DNA of 34,556 nt, taken from positions 1 through 34,556 of the forward strand of contig JAZSPX010000176.1 of assembly GCA_045537675.1 (NCBI GenBank), read 5' to 3'. This DNA is from Candidatus Faeciplasma sp. GTDB taxonomy: Bacteria > Bacillota > Clostridia > Oscillospirales > Ruminococcaceae. The notes under the pieces are model-generated. The model ran no database searches. It saw only the letters and a program-made list of their open reading frames with translations, and had not been told where the DNA came from. The position numbers were made by a program, and so were the translations under genes. This document shows positions 1 to 7,634 of this stretch, piece by piece (position 1 is the first letter of the stretch; every line of letters begins with the position of its first letter).

Positions 1-2
1 TG

Positions 3-653
3 GGCGACAAGACCATGATCTTCCGTCTGGCGGATGCCGCCATGTATACGGACATGAACAAGGATTGTCATAACCCCGTCATTGACCGCACCATCGCCCT
101 GCATAAGATGATCCGCCTGTTCACCCTGGCGGGCGGCGGCGAGGCCTATTTGAACTTCATGGGCAACGAGTTCGGCCACCCCGAGTGGATAGACTTCCCG
201 CGTGAGGGCAACGGCTGGAGCTATCACTATTGCCGCCGCCAGTGGAACTTGGTTGACGACCACAACCTGCGTTACCACGAGCTTAACGACTTTGACAAGG
301 CAATGATAAACCTTGTTAAAAGCGAAAACCTGTTGGCCAAAGAAAGCGTCAACCGCTGGCTTCATCAGCATGACAAGGTTATAATCTACTCTAAGGGCAG
401 CGTGACGTTTGCATTTAACTTTAACCCCACCAATTCGTTCGAGGGGTACTTTGTACCGACCGAGACCGAGGGGGACTATAAGGTCGTTCTTTCAAGCGAC
501 GACGGACAGTTCGGCGGCTTCTCGAGGGTTGATACCTCGCTTAGATTTAAAGCACGCAAAACACCCGACGGCAGATGCGGCTTTATGTGCTATCTGCCCA
601 CACGCACGGCAATCGCTTTTAAGCGCATACCCGGCAGGGCTAAAAAGAATTAA
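3..653 (+). CDS. glgB: 1,4-alpha-glucan branching enzyme (GH13), C-terminal fragment; the 5' end lies outside the window
   Basis: The frame is open from the window edge (..GDKTMIFRLADAAMY..). The block NEFGHPEWIDFPREGNGWSYHYCRRQWNLVDD is typical of GH13 branching enzymes. Stop at 651-653 is followed by a hairpin terminator. Confidence 0.85.
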   Translation, partial: GDKTMIFRLADAAMYTDMNKDCHNPVIDRTIALHKMIRLFTLAGGGEAYLNFMGNEFGHPEWIDFPREGNGWSYHYCRRQWNLVDDHNLRYHELNDFDKAMINLVKSENLLAKESVNRWLHQHDKVIIYSKGSVTFAFNFNPTNSFEGYFVPTETEGDYKVVLSSDDGQFGGFSRVDTSLRFKARKTPDGRCGFMCYLPTRTAIAFKRIPGRAKKN

Positions 654-656
654 CAA

Positions 657-690
657 ACAAAAAACGGCGGACAAGCAGTCCGCCGTTTTT
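657..690. terminator. Bidirectional rho-independent terminator between convergent glgB and the GH3 gene
   Basis: A-run, CGGCGGAC, loop aagca, GTCCGCCG, T-run: an 8-bp GC stem flanked by A and T tracts. Confidence 0.8.
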
Positions 691-703
691 AATTATTATC
701 CAC

Positions 704-2836
704 TTATTCAAGCACGAATTTTGCGCCGTTTTGTGTAAGGCTTGTCGAGCCTATCCATGCCATAAACTCGCCGCTTTCGCTGACAAAGTTCATGTCTGCA
801 TCATAGAATCTTAACATCGGCTCGGTGATCTCAAACGAAACCGTCTTTTCCTCGCCTGCTTCAAGGCTTATTTTCTCAAGTCCCTTAAGCTCTCTTACAG
901 GGCGCACAACGCTGCCCTTAATGTCTCGAATATAGAGCTGAACAGGCTCGAAAACGGGCATATCGCCGTTGTTTTTAACGGTTACACTTGCAACAATTCT
1001 GCCGTCCTTTGTCAGCTTGTCGCTTGTAAGGGTAACGGGCGAATACTCAACCTCGCAATAAGATATGCCATAGCCAAACGGGTAGAGCGGCACGTTGGGG
1101 CAGTCCATATAGTTCGAGGCAAAGGGCACGAACCTGTCGGTATCGGGCTTGGGTCTGCCTGTTGTAAATGCCGCATAGCTTATCGGCAGCTGACCCGTTG
1201 TGTAGGGCATACTCATCGAAAGTCTGCCCGAGGGGTTGACCTTGCCGAACAGAATGTCTGCAACGGCGTAAGCGCCGTGTGTGCCGGGCAGCCAAGCCTC
1301 TACCAAAGCGTTGGATTTTTGTGCTACTTCGGGCAAGGCAAGAGGTCTGCCGCCAAAGAGGACGGTGACAACGTTTTTGTTGACCCCGTAAACTGCGTCA
1401 AACAAATCGCGGTGAGGTTTGCAAAGTGTAATGTCGGCAACGCTCAACGATTCGCCTGTTCTCGTCTGATTTTCACCAAGCGCAAGCAAAACAACGTCTG
1501 CCGATTTTGCAGCTTCAAGCATTTCATCGCTTATTTCATCACAGGTAAAGAAGCTAACGTCAGCATCGCCATAAAGCTCGCTGATTGCCTGCTTAAGGGT
1601 AACTGTCTTGTCCTTGTCAACAAACATCGCCCACGAGCCTGTGATAAGGTTATCACCTGCCAATGCGCCTGCAACAACGATTTTCTGGGTTGTTTTAAGA
1701 GGGAGCGCCCCTTCGTTCTTAAGCAAAACTGTTGTCTCCTCGGCGGCGCGGCGAGAAAGCTCTAAATGCTCGCGGCACATTAAAACTTCCTTTTCGCCTT
1801 CAACCGATGCGTCCTTATAAGGATTTTCAAAGAGGCCCAAATCGTTCTTAAGCTCTAAAACTCGCATAACGGCTTCGTCAACAAGCTTAACGTCAACCTC
1901 GCCGTTGTCAATCATTTCAGTCAGATATTCAACATAGCAACGGCTTACCATGTCGATATCGCAACCGGCTTCAATCGCCTTTTTAGCGGCATCACGGTGG
2001 TCAAGCGAGGTCGTGTGCGGAATGGTTTCCTGAATTGCGCCATAGTCCGAAATTACAACGCCCTTAAAGCCCATTTCGTCACGCAGAATGTTGCGCAAAA
2101 GCTTTTTGTTTGTCGAACAAGGCTTGCGGTCGATGGTATTAAACGCTGTCATAACCAAAGCAACACCTGCATCAACAGCGGCCTTATAGGCAGGCAGGTA
2201 ATCTTCATATAAAGTGTGCTCGCTTATCTCGGTTACGTTATAGTCACGGCCTGCAACAGCGGCACCATAGGCAGCAAAGTGCTTGACACAAGCGGCAACC
2301 TTGCCCTTGTCCTTAAAGTTTTCACCCTGGAAGCCCTCTACCTCGGCTCTTGCCATCTGACAGTTAAGCCAAACGTCCTCGCCTGTCGATTCCATAACTC
2401 TGCCCCAACGGCTGTCTCTTACAAGGTCAACCATCGGCGAGAAGGTAACGTGTATACCTGCAACCGCTGCCTCTTTACCTGCGGCCGAGCAGATTTCTTT
2501 TGCAAGGCTTGGGTTAAAGCTCGAGCCTATTGCGATCGGCACAGGGAAGCCTGTTTTATAGCCGTGAATAACGTCGAGCATAAAGAGTGCGGGAATGTGA
2601 TGAGGCTGTGTTGCCATCATCTTATCCTGCAATTCAATAAGGTGCTTGGCTCCGTGCTCGCTAAGCAAGCTGCCAACCTTGTAGGGGCGGTCGGCAGGCA
2701 TTTTTTTAAAGCTCATTGCAGGGCCTGTATAAACTTCTACGTCGCCCAAAAATTCGCCGTAAAGCTGAACAAGCTGCAAAACCTTTTCCTCTACGGTCAT
2801 GTCGTTAAGCAAAGCTTCAAGTTTAATCTTTTCCAT
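704..2836 (-). CDS. bglX: Glycoside hydrolase family 3 beta-glucosidase (BglX-like)
   Basis: ORF 704-2953. Start moved to ATG 2836 (MEKIKLEALLNDMTVEEKV), which has a GGAGGA RBS just upstream. GH3-like blocks include GFKGVVISDYGAI and a C-terminal Fn3-like region. Confidence 0.9.
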   Translation of the reverse strand: MEKIKLEALLNDMTVEEKVLQLVQLYGEFLGDVEVYTGPAMSFKKMPADRPYKVGSLLSEHGAKHLIELQDKMMATQPHHIPALFMLDVIHGYKTGFPVPIAIGSSFNPSLAKEICSAAGKEAAVAGIHVTFSPMVDLVRDSRWGRVMESTGEDVWLNCQMARAEVEGFQGENFKDKGKVAACVKHFAAYGAAVAGRDYNVTEISEHTLYEDYLPAYKAAVDAGVALVMTAFNTIDRKPCSTNKKLLRNILRDEMGFKGVVISDYGAIQETIPHTTSLDHRDAAKKAIEAGCDIDMVSRCYVEYLTEMIDNGEVDVKLVDEAVMRVLELKNDLGLFENPYKDASVEGEKEVLMCREHLELSRRAAEETTVLLKNEGALPLKTTQKIVVAGALAGDNLITGSWAMFVDKDKTVTLKQAISELYGDADVSFFTCDEISDEMLEAAKSADVVLLALGENQTRTGESLSVADITLCKPHRDLFDAVYGVNKNVVTVLFGGRPLALPEVAQKSNALVEAWLPGTHGAYAVADILFGKVNPSGRLSMSMPYTTGQLPISYAAFTTGRPKPDTDRFVPFASNYMDCPNVPLYPFGYGISYCEVEYSPVTLTSDKLTKDGRIVASVTVKNNGDMPVFEPVQLYIRDIKGSVVRPVRELKGLEKISLEAGEEKTVSFEITEPMLRFYDADMNFVSESGEFMAWIGSTSLTQNGAKFVLE

Positions 2837-3048
2837 GGTGTCCTCCATATAAACGAATAAAATAATATATCCATAACAAGTATACACCAAAACCGCCCTG
2901 TAAGCAATAGAAATAACACATAATTTAATGTTTAATATTTTTATATGTTGCACAAAAGCGGAGCCGACATAATTTTGGCTTGGCTGTATAAATCCCCTCG
3001 TTTGACAAATAATAACCCCATAAATTTGATTTAAAGGAGATTTATATA

Positions 3049-3588
3049 ATGAAAGCCACAGGAATTGTTAGAAGAATTGACGACCTTGGGCGTGTTGTTA
3101 TTCCCAAAGAGATCCGCCGCACCATGCGCATCCGCGAGGGCGACCCGCTTGAGATTTACACCAACAGCGAGGGCGAGGTTATCTTCAAAAAATACTCCCC
3201 CATCAACGAGCTGTCTGAATCTGCCGCCTCTGTTGCCGAGGTTATTCACAAGCTTGGCAATGCACCCGTTGTCGTTTTTGACAGAGACCACGTTGTTGCC
3301 GTCTCGGGTGTTTCTAAGCGAGAGTTCAACGAACGCCGCATTTCACAGGGGTTAGAGGAGATTTTAGAGCTTCGCAAGTCGTGGCAGTTCACGGGCGAGG
3401 GCAAGCCCATCATGCCTGCCGAGGGGATTTCCCGCCATGCGCTTGCAATCAGCCCTATTGTTGTTTCGGGCGATATTTCGGGTGCCGTCTGCTTTTTGGC
3501 AAACGACTCGTCGGCAAAGGGCACACAGCTTCACCTCACCCTAAGCCAGACTGCCGCAATGTTCCTTTCACGCCAGTTAGAGGCTTAG
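3049..3588 (+). CDS. spoVT: Stage V sporulation protein T (AbrB-type N-terminal domain plus GAF-like C-terminal domain)
   Basis: N-terminus MKATGIVRRIDDLGRVVIPKEIRRTMRIREGDPLEI is almost identical to my recollection of B. subtilis SpoVT. Length of 179 aa fits. AAGGAG RBS upstream. Confidence 0.93.
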   Translation: MKATGIVRRIDDLGRVVIPKEIRRTMRIREGDPLEIYTNSEGEVIFKKYSPINELSESAASVAEVIHKLGNAPVVVFDRDHVVAVSGVSKREFNERRISQGLEEILELRKSWQFTGEGKPIMPAEGISRHALAISPIVVSGDISGAVCFLANDSSAKGTQLHLTLSQTAAMFLSRQLEA

Positions 3589-3591
3589 GAT

Positions 3592-3620
3592 TTGACATCG
3601 TCCGCCAAAGCTATTATACT
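3592..3620 (+). promoter_or_regulatory. Sigma-A type promoter for the PfkB-family kinase gene
   Basis: TTGACA (3592-3597), 17-nt spacer, TATACT (3615-3620). It overlaps the end of the spoVT gene region. Confidence 0.6.
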
Positions 3621-3660
3621 ATAATGTAATAACATTCTGACTTGAAAGAGGCGACACGAA

Positions 3661-4578
3661 ATGACAACAACAGTAACCCTTAGTCCATGCTTAGACAAAA
3701 CAGTTTCCTGCGAGAGGTTTGACGTAGACTCGATGAACCGTGTCGAGCTTTTAAGTCTTGACATTGGCGGCAAGGGAATTAACGTCAGCCGTGCGCTTAA
3801 GCGTTTGGGGCTTAAAACAAAGGCGATAGGCTTTAACTTCTCGGGCGGTGAGATGATTGAAAGAACGCTCGAGCGCGAGAATATCCCTCACGACTTCATT
3901 AAGTGCGAGGGTGATTTGCGCATTAACCTTAAAGTGTTCGATAAATCTCGTCACAACACCATTGAAATAAACGAAAAAAGCGCATTCGTCGCCAATGAGC
4001 ACCTTGCTGAATTCACAGAATCCTTCGTTCGTGCCGTTCGCAAAAGCGATAATTTGGTGCTTACGGGCAGCCTGCCGCAGGGCATGCCTGCTGACATTTA
4101 TAAGACCCTTGGCGAGCTTGCAAAGCGTGAAAACCCCGAAATTAAGCTGATTTTAGACGCACAGGGCGAGGTCTTGTTAAAAGGGCTTGAAGCCGAGCCG
4201 TTTATGATAAAGCCGAATTTATTCGAGCTTGAGGCCACCTTTGGCGTTAAGCTTGAAACCACCGAGGATATTATTTCGCTTTGCCGAAAAATTATTGCAG
4301 ATTACAAAGTCGAGGTCGTGCTTGCCTCGATGAGTGCAAAGGGCGCTGTACTTGTAACGAAAGATGAAGCCATTTTCCGCGAGGCAGTTAAGGTAGAGGT
4401 CAAAAGCACCCAAGGCGCCGGAGATTCGATGGTTGCGGGTGTTTGCCTTGCAATGAACAAGGGGCTGTCTTTAAACAAGGCACTTGATTATGCTGTTTGC
4501 TGTGCCGCAGGCGCAATAAGCGGCGTTGGCACAAGCTTTTGCGACTTGGACAGACTTAACGAACTTCTTGAAAGATAA
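3661..4578 (+). CDS. pfkB: 1-phosphofructokinase / PfkB-family sugar-phosphate kinase
   Basis: GGKGINVSRAL N-terminal motif and GAGDSMVAG C-terminal motif of the ribokinase/PfkB family. 305 aa, with overall similarity to FruK/LacC-type kinases. Confidence 0.85.
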   Translation: MTTTVTLSPCLDKTVSCERFDVDSMNRVELLSLDIGGKGINVSRALKRLGLKTKAIGFNFSGGEMIERTLERENIPHDFIKCEGDLRINLKVFDKSRHNTIEINEKSAFVANEHLAEFTESFVRAVRKSDNLVLTGSLPQGMPADIYKTLGELAKRENPEIKLILDAQGEVLLKGLEAEPFMIKPNLFELEATFGVKLETTEDIISLCRKIIADYKVEVVLASMSAKGAVLVTKDEAIFREAVKVEVKSTQGAGDSMVAGVCLAMNKGLSLNKALDYAVCCAAGAISGVGTSFCDLDRLNELLER

Positions 4579-4620
4579 AAAACACCCACAAGAGTTAATC
4601 CTCTTGTGGGTTGAATTTTT
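4578..4620. terminator. Bidirectional terminator between pfkB and the convergent SipW-like gene
   Basis: ACCCACAAGAG, loop ttaatc, CTCTTGTGGGT: an 11-bp stem with an A-run before it and a T-run after it. Confidence 0.8.
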
Positions 4621-4624
4621 ATGT

Positions 4625-5665
4625 TTACTTATCTTCGTTTCCCAAACGCTCTTTTTCAGCCTCGAGCATCTTAATAAGGTCGTCGATTCTTGAAGCCGAG
4701 AGGTTTTCAAAGTCGATGGATTCCTTCTTCTTAACTTCTTGAGAGTCGATGGTGAGCTTAACAAACGGCTCGTCGCCTGCGTCGGGCAATTCTTCCTTCG
4801 CCTTAGGCTCTGCCTTGATCTCTATCTCGTCATCAATCGTGATCTTGTCCGAGGTGAACGCAAGCTCACGCTCGGGTTTGCGCTCGGTCTTGTCAGATTC
4901 AAACGCAAGCTTAAAGGTGCTGTCTGTATTCTTGGGCTCGTCGCTTGCTTTTCTGATAGAGCCAATCTCTGCCTTCGGCTTAACAGCGTCACGCTCGGGC
5001 ATCTTGTCAAGATAGCCTTCTTCCAGAACAAACTTCTTCTTTTGATTTTCGCTTATGTTCTTCTGCAAATTCTCCTGGTTCACGGGCTTTTCAATAACAG
5101 GGGTCTTTTCCTTCTTCTTTTTAAGCGAGATAATGAACATCGTTACCTCGTAAATAAGAACGAGCGCACAAGGAATGATTACAACTGTGAGCATGCCTGC
5201 TTTAGAGGAAGCAAACTTTACAACCGAGCCGAAGAACTTGCTGTAAGTCTTGGCAACACCGATTATGTCACTTTCGCCCACACCCCACTTTTCCTCTGCC
5301 GGGGCGTTGTCATATTTAACGATATATCTTGTTTCGGTCGTGCCCTCAGGGGTAATGATGTCTTCAGTTCCTAAAAAGCCAACAACGGCAAGCTGACCGT
5401 CGATACTGCAAAGGATAACGTTACCCTCTCGCTGGGGGAATTCCCCCTCTTTAACAAAGACAGCAGAGCCGCCCTGAATTCTGGGGTCCATTCCGTCGCC
5501 GTTCATTATGTAAACTCTATATCCAAAAAGCGAGGGCGCCGAGTTAGCGTCTTTAAAAATGCCGAACAAAACAAAGGTGCCGATAATTGCGATTATTAAG
5601 ATGAAAAGAACTATCGCTCCGACTATCTGAATCCATGAGCGTTTTTTTGTGCTTTCGTGAAACAT
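4625..5665 (-). CDS. SipW-like (S26B signal-peptidase fold) membrane protein lacking the apparent catalytic Ser/His, with a long K/E-rich C-terminal tail
   Basis: N-terminal TM segment, then PSLFGYRVYIMNGDGMDPRIQGGSAVFVKE, which aligns with SipW ..VFGYQLKTVLSGSMEPEFNTGSLILVKE. A second TM segment at about aa 157-181 matches SipW topology. The 165-aa charged tail is not present in SipW. Confidence 0.7.
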   Translation of the reverse strand: MFHESTKKRSWIQIVGAIVLFILIIAIIGTFVLFGIFKDANSAPSLFGYRVYIMNGDGMDPRIQGGSAVFVKEGEFPQREGNVILCSIDGQLAVVGFLGTEDIITPEGTTETRYIVKYDNAPAEEKWGVGESDIIGVAKTYSKFFGSVVKFASSKAGMLTVVIIPCALVLIYEVTMFIISLKKKKEKTPVIEKPVNQENLQKNISENQKKKFVLEEGYLDKMPERDAVKPKAEIGSIRKASDEPKNTDSTFKLAFESDKTERKPERELAFTSDKITIDDEIEIKAEPKAKEELPDAGDEPFVKLTIDSQEVKKKESIDFENLSASRIDDLIKMLEAEKERLGNEDK

Positions 5666-5750
5666 TAATTTTACCGTCCTTTCTTAAGGGAAATGACCCT
5701 TATCTCAATATATATGTCTAAAACTCGAAATTAAAACTACTTATAGAATG

Positions 5751-5779
5751 ATTATAGCACATATTTTCAAATATAGCAA
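5751..5779 (-). promoter_or_regulatory. Sigma-A promoter (extended -10) for the SipW-like gene
   Basis: Minus-strand reading: TTGCTA, 17 nt, TGC-TATAAT. Confidence 0.6.
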
Positions 5780-5823
5780 ATACTTTTGTGATGTTTTCTG
5801 ACAAATATTTTAAGTTTGATTTG

Positions 5824-5852
5824 TTGACAAAAACGAGAGTGTTGTATATAAT
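5824..5852 (+). promoter_or_regulatory. Consensus sigma-A promoter for tRNA-Thr
   Basis: TTGACA (5824-5829), 17-nt spacer, TATAAT (5847-5852). The tRNA 5' end lies 15 nt downstream. Confidence 0.85.
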
Positions 5853-5866
5853 GTTAGAGTACATTT

Positions 5867-5942
5867 GCTGGTGTAGCTCAGTTGGTAGAGCAGCGCATTC
5901 GTAATGCGCAGGTCACGTGTTCGAGTCACGCCACCAGCTCCA
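5867..5942 (+). tRNA. tRNA-Thr (anticodon CGT), CCA encoded
   Basis: Cloverleaf read by eye: acceptor GCTGGTG/CACCAGC, D arm GCTC..GAGC, anticodon stem GCGCA/TGCGC with loop TTCGTAA, T arm ACGTG-TTCGAGT-CACGC. 76 nt. Confidence 0.95.
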
Positions 5943-5947
5943 ATAAA
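5904..5947 (+). repeat. Direct repeat copy 1 (44 bp): tRNA-Thr from the anticodon-loop 3' side through CCA plus 5 nt
   Basis: ATGCGCAGGTCACGTGTTCGAGTCACGCCACCAGCTCCAATAAA is identical at 6121-6164. Confidence 0.95.
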
Positions 5948-5950
5948 GGA

Positions 5951-5978
5951 AACCACCCAATAGGGTGGTTTGTTTTTT
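5951..5978 (+). terminator. Rho-independent terminator directly after tRNA-Thr
   Basis: AACCACCC, loop aata, GGGTGGTT, followed by TGTTTTTT. Confidence 0.8.
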
Positions 5979-6010
5979 GGGAAAAGGCGAGAAAAAGGGC
6001 AGCGCATTCG

Positions 6011-6115
6011 CTGAGGCGACGACCCCCGCCGGTGGCGGATGAAGGGAGTCGGCGAAGGGAAGAAATAAGGAGAATTTCGACGGCGAACGCCGAGAAAGGC
6101 GACTATATTTCTGAC
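6011..6115 (+). repeat. GC-rich intergenic island A (an insert inside the tRNA-Thr fragment)
   Basis: A 105-nt GC-rich block in AT-rich surroundings. Core GAAGGGAGTCGGCGAAGGG at 6041-6059 resembles the cores of islands B and C. AGGCGAC is repeated near both ends. Confidence 0.45.
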
Positions 6116-6120
6116 CGTAT

Positions 6121-6164
6121 ATGCGCAGGTCACGTGTTCGAGTCACGCCACCAGCTCCAATAAA
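6121..6164 (+). repeat. Direct repeat copy 2 (44 bp) of the tRNA-Thr 3' half
   Basis: Exact match to 5904-5947. It is followed by its own terminator. Confidence 0.95.
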
Positions 6165-6166
6165 AA

Positions 6167-6199
6167 CCCTCCCCTTTGCTTTTTGGGGAGGGCTTTTTT
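6167..6199 (+). terminator. Rho-independent terminator after the partial tRNA copy
   Basis: CCCTCCCC, 10-nt loop, GGGGAGGG, then CTTTTTT. Confidence 0.8.
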
Positions 6200-6206
6200 G
6201 TGCCCG

Positions 6207-6235
6207 TTGACTTGAATGCCAATTTATGTTATTCT
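6207..6235 (+). promoter_or_regulatory. Possible promoter for the small membrane-protein gene
   Basis: TTGACT, 17 nt, TGT-TATTCT (extended -10 with a weak hexamer). Confidence 0.4.
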
Positions 6236-6268
6236 TGGGTTGTAAAAGCAAGCGTGGAGGTGCGAACA

Positions 6269-6430
6269 ATGAAAGAAAAGCACACTTTGAAGCATCCAAA
6301 CGAGAATAGCAAAAAATCATCAGTTATAAACATTTTATTTTATGTAATAATCGGTGGGCTAACCGTTTTTACACTTTTGGTGGTCTCACTAATTGTTTTA
6401 ATTATCATATCTCGCACGGTACATCAATAG
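6269..6430 (+). CDS. Small (53 aa) single-pass membrane protein, function unknown
   Basis: ATG 6269 lies 8 nt after GGAGG. The sequence is MKEKHTLKHPNENSKKSS followed by one hydrophobic helix. The longer ORF from 6176 starts inside the terminator and was rejected. Confidence 0.55.
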   Translation: MKEKHTLKHPNENSKKSSVINILFYVIIGGLTVFTLLVVSLIVLIIISRTVHQ

Positions 6431-6441
6431 GTCTAATAATA

Positions 6442-6476
6442 CCCTCCCCCTGAAAAGCCAAGGGGAGGGATTTTTT
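6442..6476. terminator. Bidirectional terminator between the small ORF and the PAP2 gene
   Basis: CCCTCCCC, 12-nt loop, GGGGAGGG, then ATTTTTT. Confidence 0.75.
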
Positions 6477-7080
6477 ACGCCTTTTTAAATTTTGGCACTG
6501 CCTTTTTGTATATTAAGTCAACGATCAGCCAGCCAAGCAAGCCTGCAACAAAGCCGCAAACCAGTCCGCCGATGACGTCGGTGGGGTAGTGCACCATTAA
6601 ATAAATGCGCGACATGCCCATTAAAACGCTGAACACAGCGCAGGGGGCAATCCACTTTTTGCCCATGACGAAGCAGAATGCCGTCATCGTTGCTGCCACA
6701 ACGTTTGTGTGGCCCGAGGGGAAGGAGAATTCGCTCATTTCGGGGCCGCCTGCTGCAAGCCACCAGTTGTAAAAGTCCTCAACTCCGCTTAAATAGGGCC
6801 TTGGGCGTGCTACCAACGGCTTTACCGAAAGATTTACAACTATCCAGCCAAGGATTATTGCCGCAAGTACGCAAACGCCTGCTTTTCTTGTTTTTTTAAA
6901 GAACAAAAGCACGATGCCGAAGATTATGCAGGGTATGCCTTCCTCGCCAAAAAGGGTGATGAATTTAAAGAACGGTGTGAAAAACCAGTCTGCCAGAACG
7001 GCAAGGCTGTGGAAGAATTCTAAAATGGCATGGTCGAAGCCTGCAAAAACCTCGTTAAGCCAAAGTGCAAATGCTGACAT
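6475..7080 (-). CDS. PAP2-family phosphatase (BcrC/PgpB-like lipid phosphate or undecaprenyl-diphosphate phosphatase)
   Basis: All three PAP2 motifs are present: KPLVARPRP, PSGHT and SRIYLMVHYPTDV. The protein has multiple TM helices. Confidence 0.88.
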   Translation of the reverse strand: MSAFALWLNEVFAGFDHAILEFFHSLAVLADWFFTPFFKFITLFGEEGIPCIIFGIVLLFFKKTRKAGVCVLAAIILGWIVVNLSVKPLVARPRPYLSGVEDFYNWWLAAGGPEMSEFSFPSGHTNVVAATMTAFCFVMGKKWIAPCAVFSVLMGMSRIYLMVHYPTDVIGGLVCGFVAGLLGWLIVDLIYKKAVPKFKKA

Positions 7081-7093
7081 ATTCTATCCTCCG

Positions 7094-7621
7094 TTATATG
7101 TTCGCTTTAAAGATGTCTTCAGCTACCACACGATAGGCAGGCTCATACGCCTGTCTATACTCCTCGCTGTGCGAGACCATGGGGTAACCCGCCTTGGCGT
7201 AATCCTCCAAATAAGCGTTAAGCTCGGTTATGTCAAATCTGAAAACGCCCTCTTTGCAGAGGTCTTTTAAAAGCTCGAGTGCCTGTAAAAACTCGTCCAT
7301 ATCGCTGTTTTTAACCTGGGAGGAGGCAACAAACGCCGCAAAAAGCTTGTCCATCTCAACTCCGTTGGGGTCAAGAGCTGCAAGGTTCACCCTTGCCATG
7401 CCAAGACCGATGGGTTCGATAAGCGGGGCAGTTTCACGCGGGCGGGTTTCCTGATATTCAGCTTTTAAATATTCATATGCCTTGTCTCTATCGGCAATTA
7501 AGTGCCCCGGGCCAAAGCACGCCTGATAAACAAGCTTTACAGCGTCGCGGGGGCGCATTTTTGCGTGTTTCAGCGCATTGGTGAGCAATGCACTTTTAAC
7601 GGTTAACAGTCTTTCAGTCAT
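7094..7621 (-). CDS. Conserved hypothetical cytoplasmic protein (175 aa)
   Basis: Start set at ATG 7621 (MTERLLTV..), 14 nt after the upstream gene's stop. No family is recognised by eye. It is tightly packed between the lipoprotein and PAP2 genes. Confidence 0.6.
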   Translation of the reverse strand: MTERLLTVKSALLTNALKHAKMRPRDAVKLVYQACFGPGHLIADRDKAYEYLKAEYQETRPRETAPLIEPIGLGMARVNLAALDPNGVEMDKLFAAFVASSQVKNSDMDEFLQALELLKDLCKEGVFRFDITELNAYLEDYAKAGYPMVSHSEEYRQAYEPAYRVVAEDIFKANI

Positions 7622-7634
7622 AAAGCCACCGCCT

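Larger units (their letters stand above)
5999..6164 (+). pseudogene. Fragmentary second tRNA-Thr copy: a 12-nt D/anticodon-stem match, a 105-nt GC-rich insert, then the 44-nt 3' half. It lacks the 5' acceptor and D arm.
   Basis: GCAGCGCATTCG (5999-6010) equals tRNA positions 5890-5901. CGTA(T)ATGCGCAGG... resumes at 6116. No matching 5' acceptor or D arm is present upstream. Confidence 0.6.

Noticed and set aside
1277-2860. Several plus-strand ORFs of 70-214 aa (1277-1765, 1608-1820, 1997-2212, 2216-2860)
   Set aside because: All are antisense to the GH3 beta-glucosidase gene.
2837-2953. 39-codon N-terminal extension of the GH3 ORF (MQHIKILNIKL...)
   Set aside because: It runs through AT-rich promoter-like DNA with no RBS. 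The internal ATG at 2836 has a GGAGGA RBS and gives a typical GH3 N-terminus.
2981-3048. Attempt to assign a sigma-G/F or sigma-A promoter to spoVT (GTATA at 2986, TTGACA at 3002)
   Set aside because: No -10 element lies at an acceptable spacing for either sigma factor by eye, so I left the promoter unannotated rather than force a call.
4739-5374. 211-aa ORF on the plus strand, plus shorter ORFs at 4749-5015 and 4822-5031
   Set aside because: They overlap the tail-coding part of the SipW-like gene. That gene has an RBS, a promoter and recognisable homology, while these ORFs have none.
5943-6120. Possibility that the insert is a group I or other self-splicing intron in a functional second tRNA-Thr
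   Set aside because: The second copy lacks the 5' acceptor stem and D arm entirely. The 105-nt insert is far shorter than known tRNA group I introns, and I see no P-helix-like organisation. A terminator also precedes it.
5810-6320. ORFs of 93-135 aa on both strands across the tRNA-Thr region (5810-6133, 5882-6163, 5913-6320)
   Set aside because: They read through a tRNA gene, two terminators and the GC-rich insert. They have no RBS, and their translations are low-complexity and R/P/G-rich. The region is better explained as non-coding.
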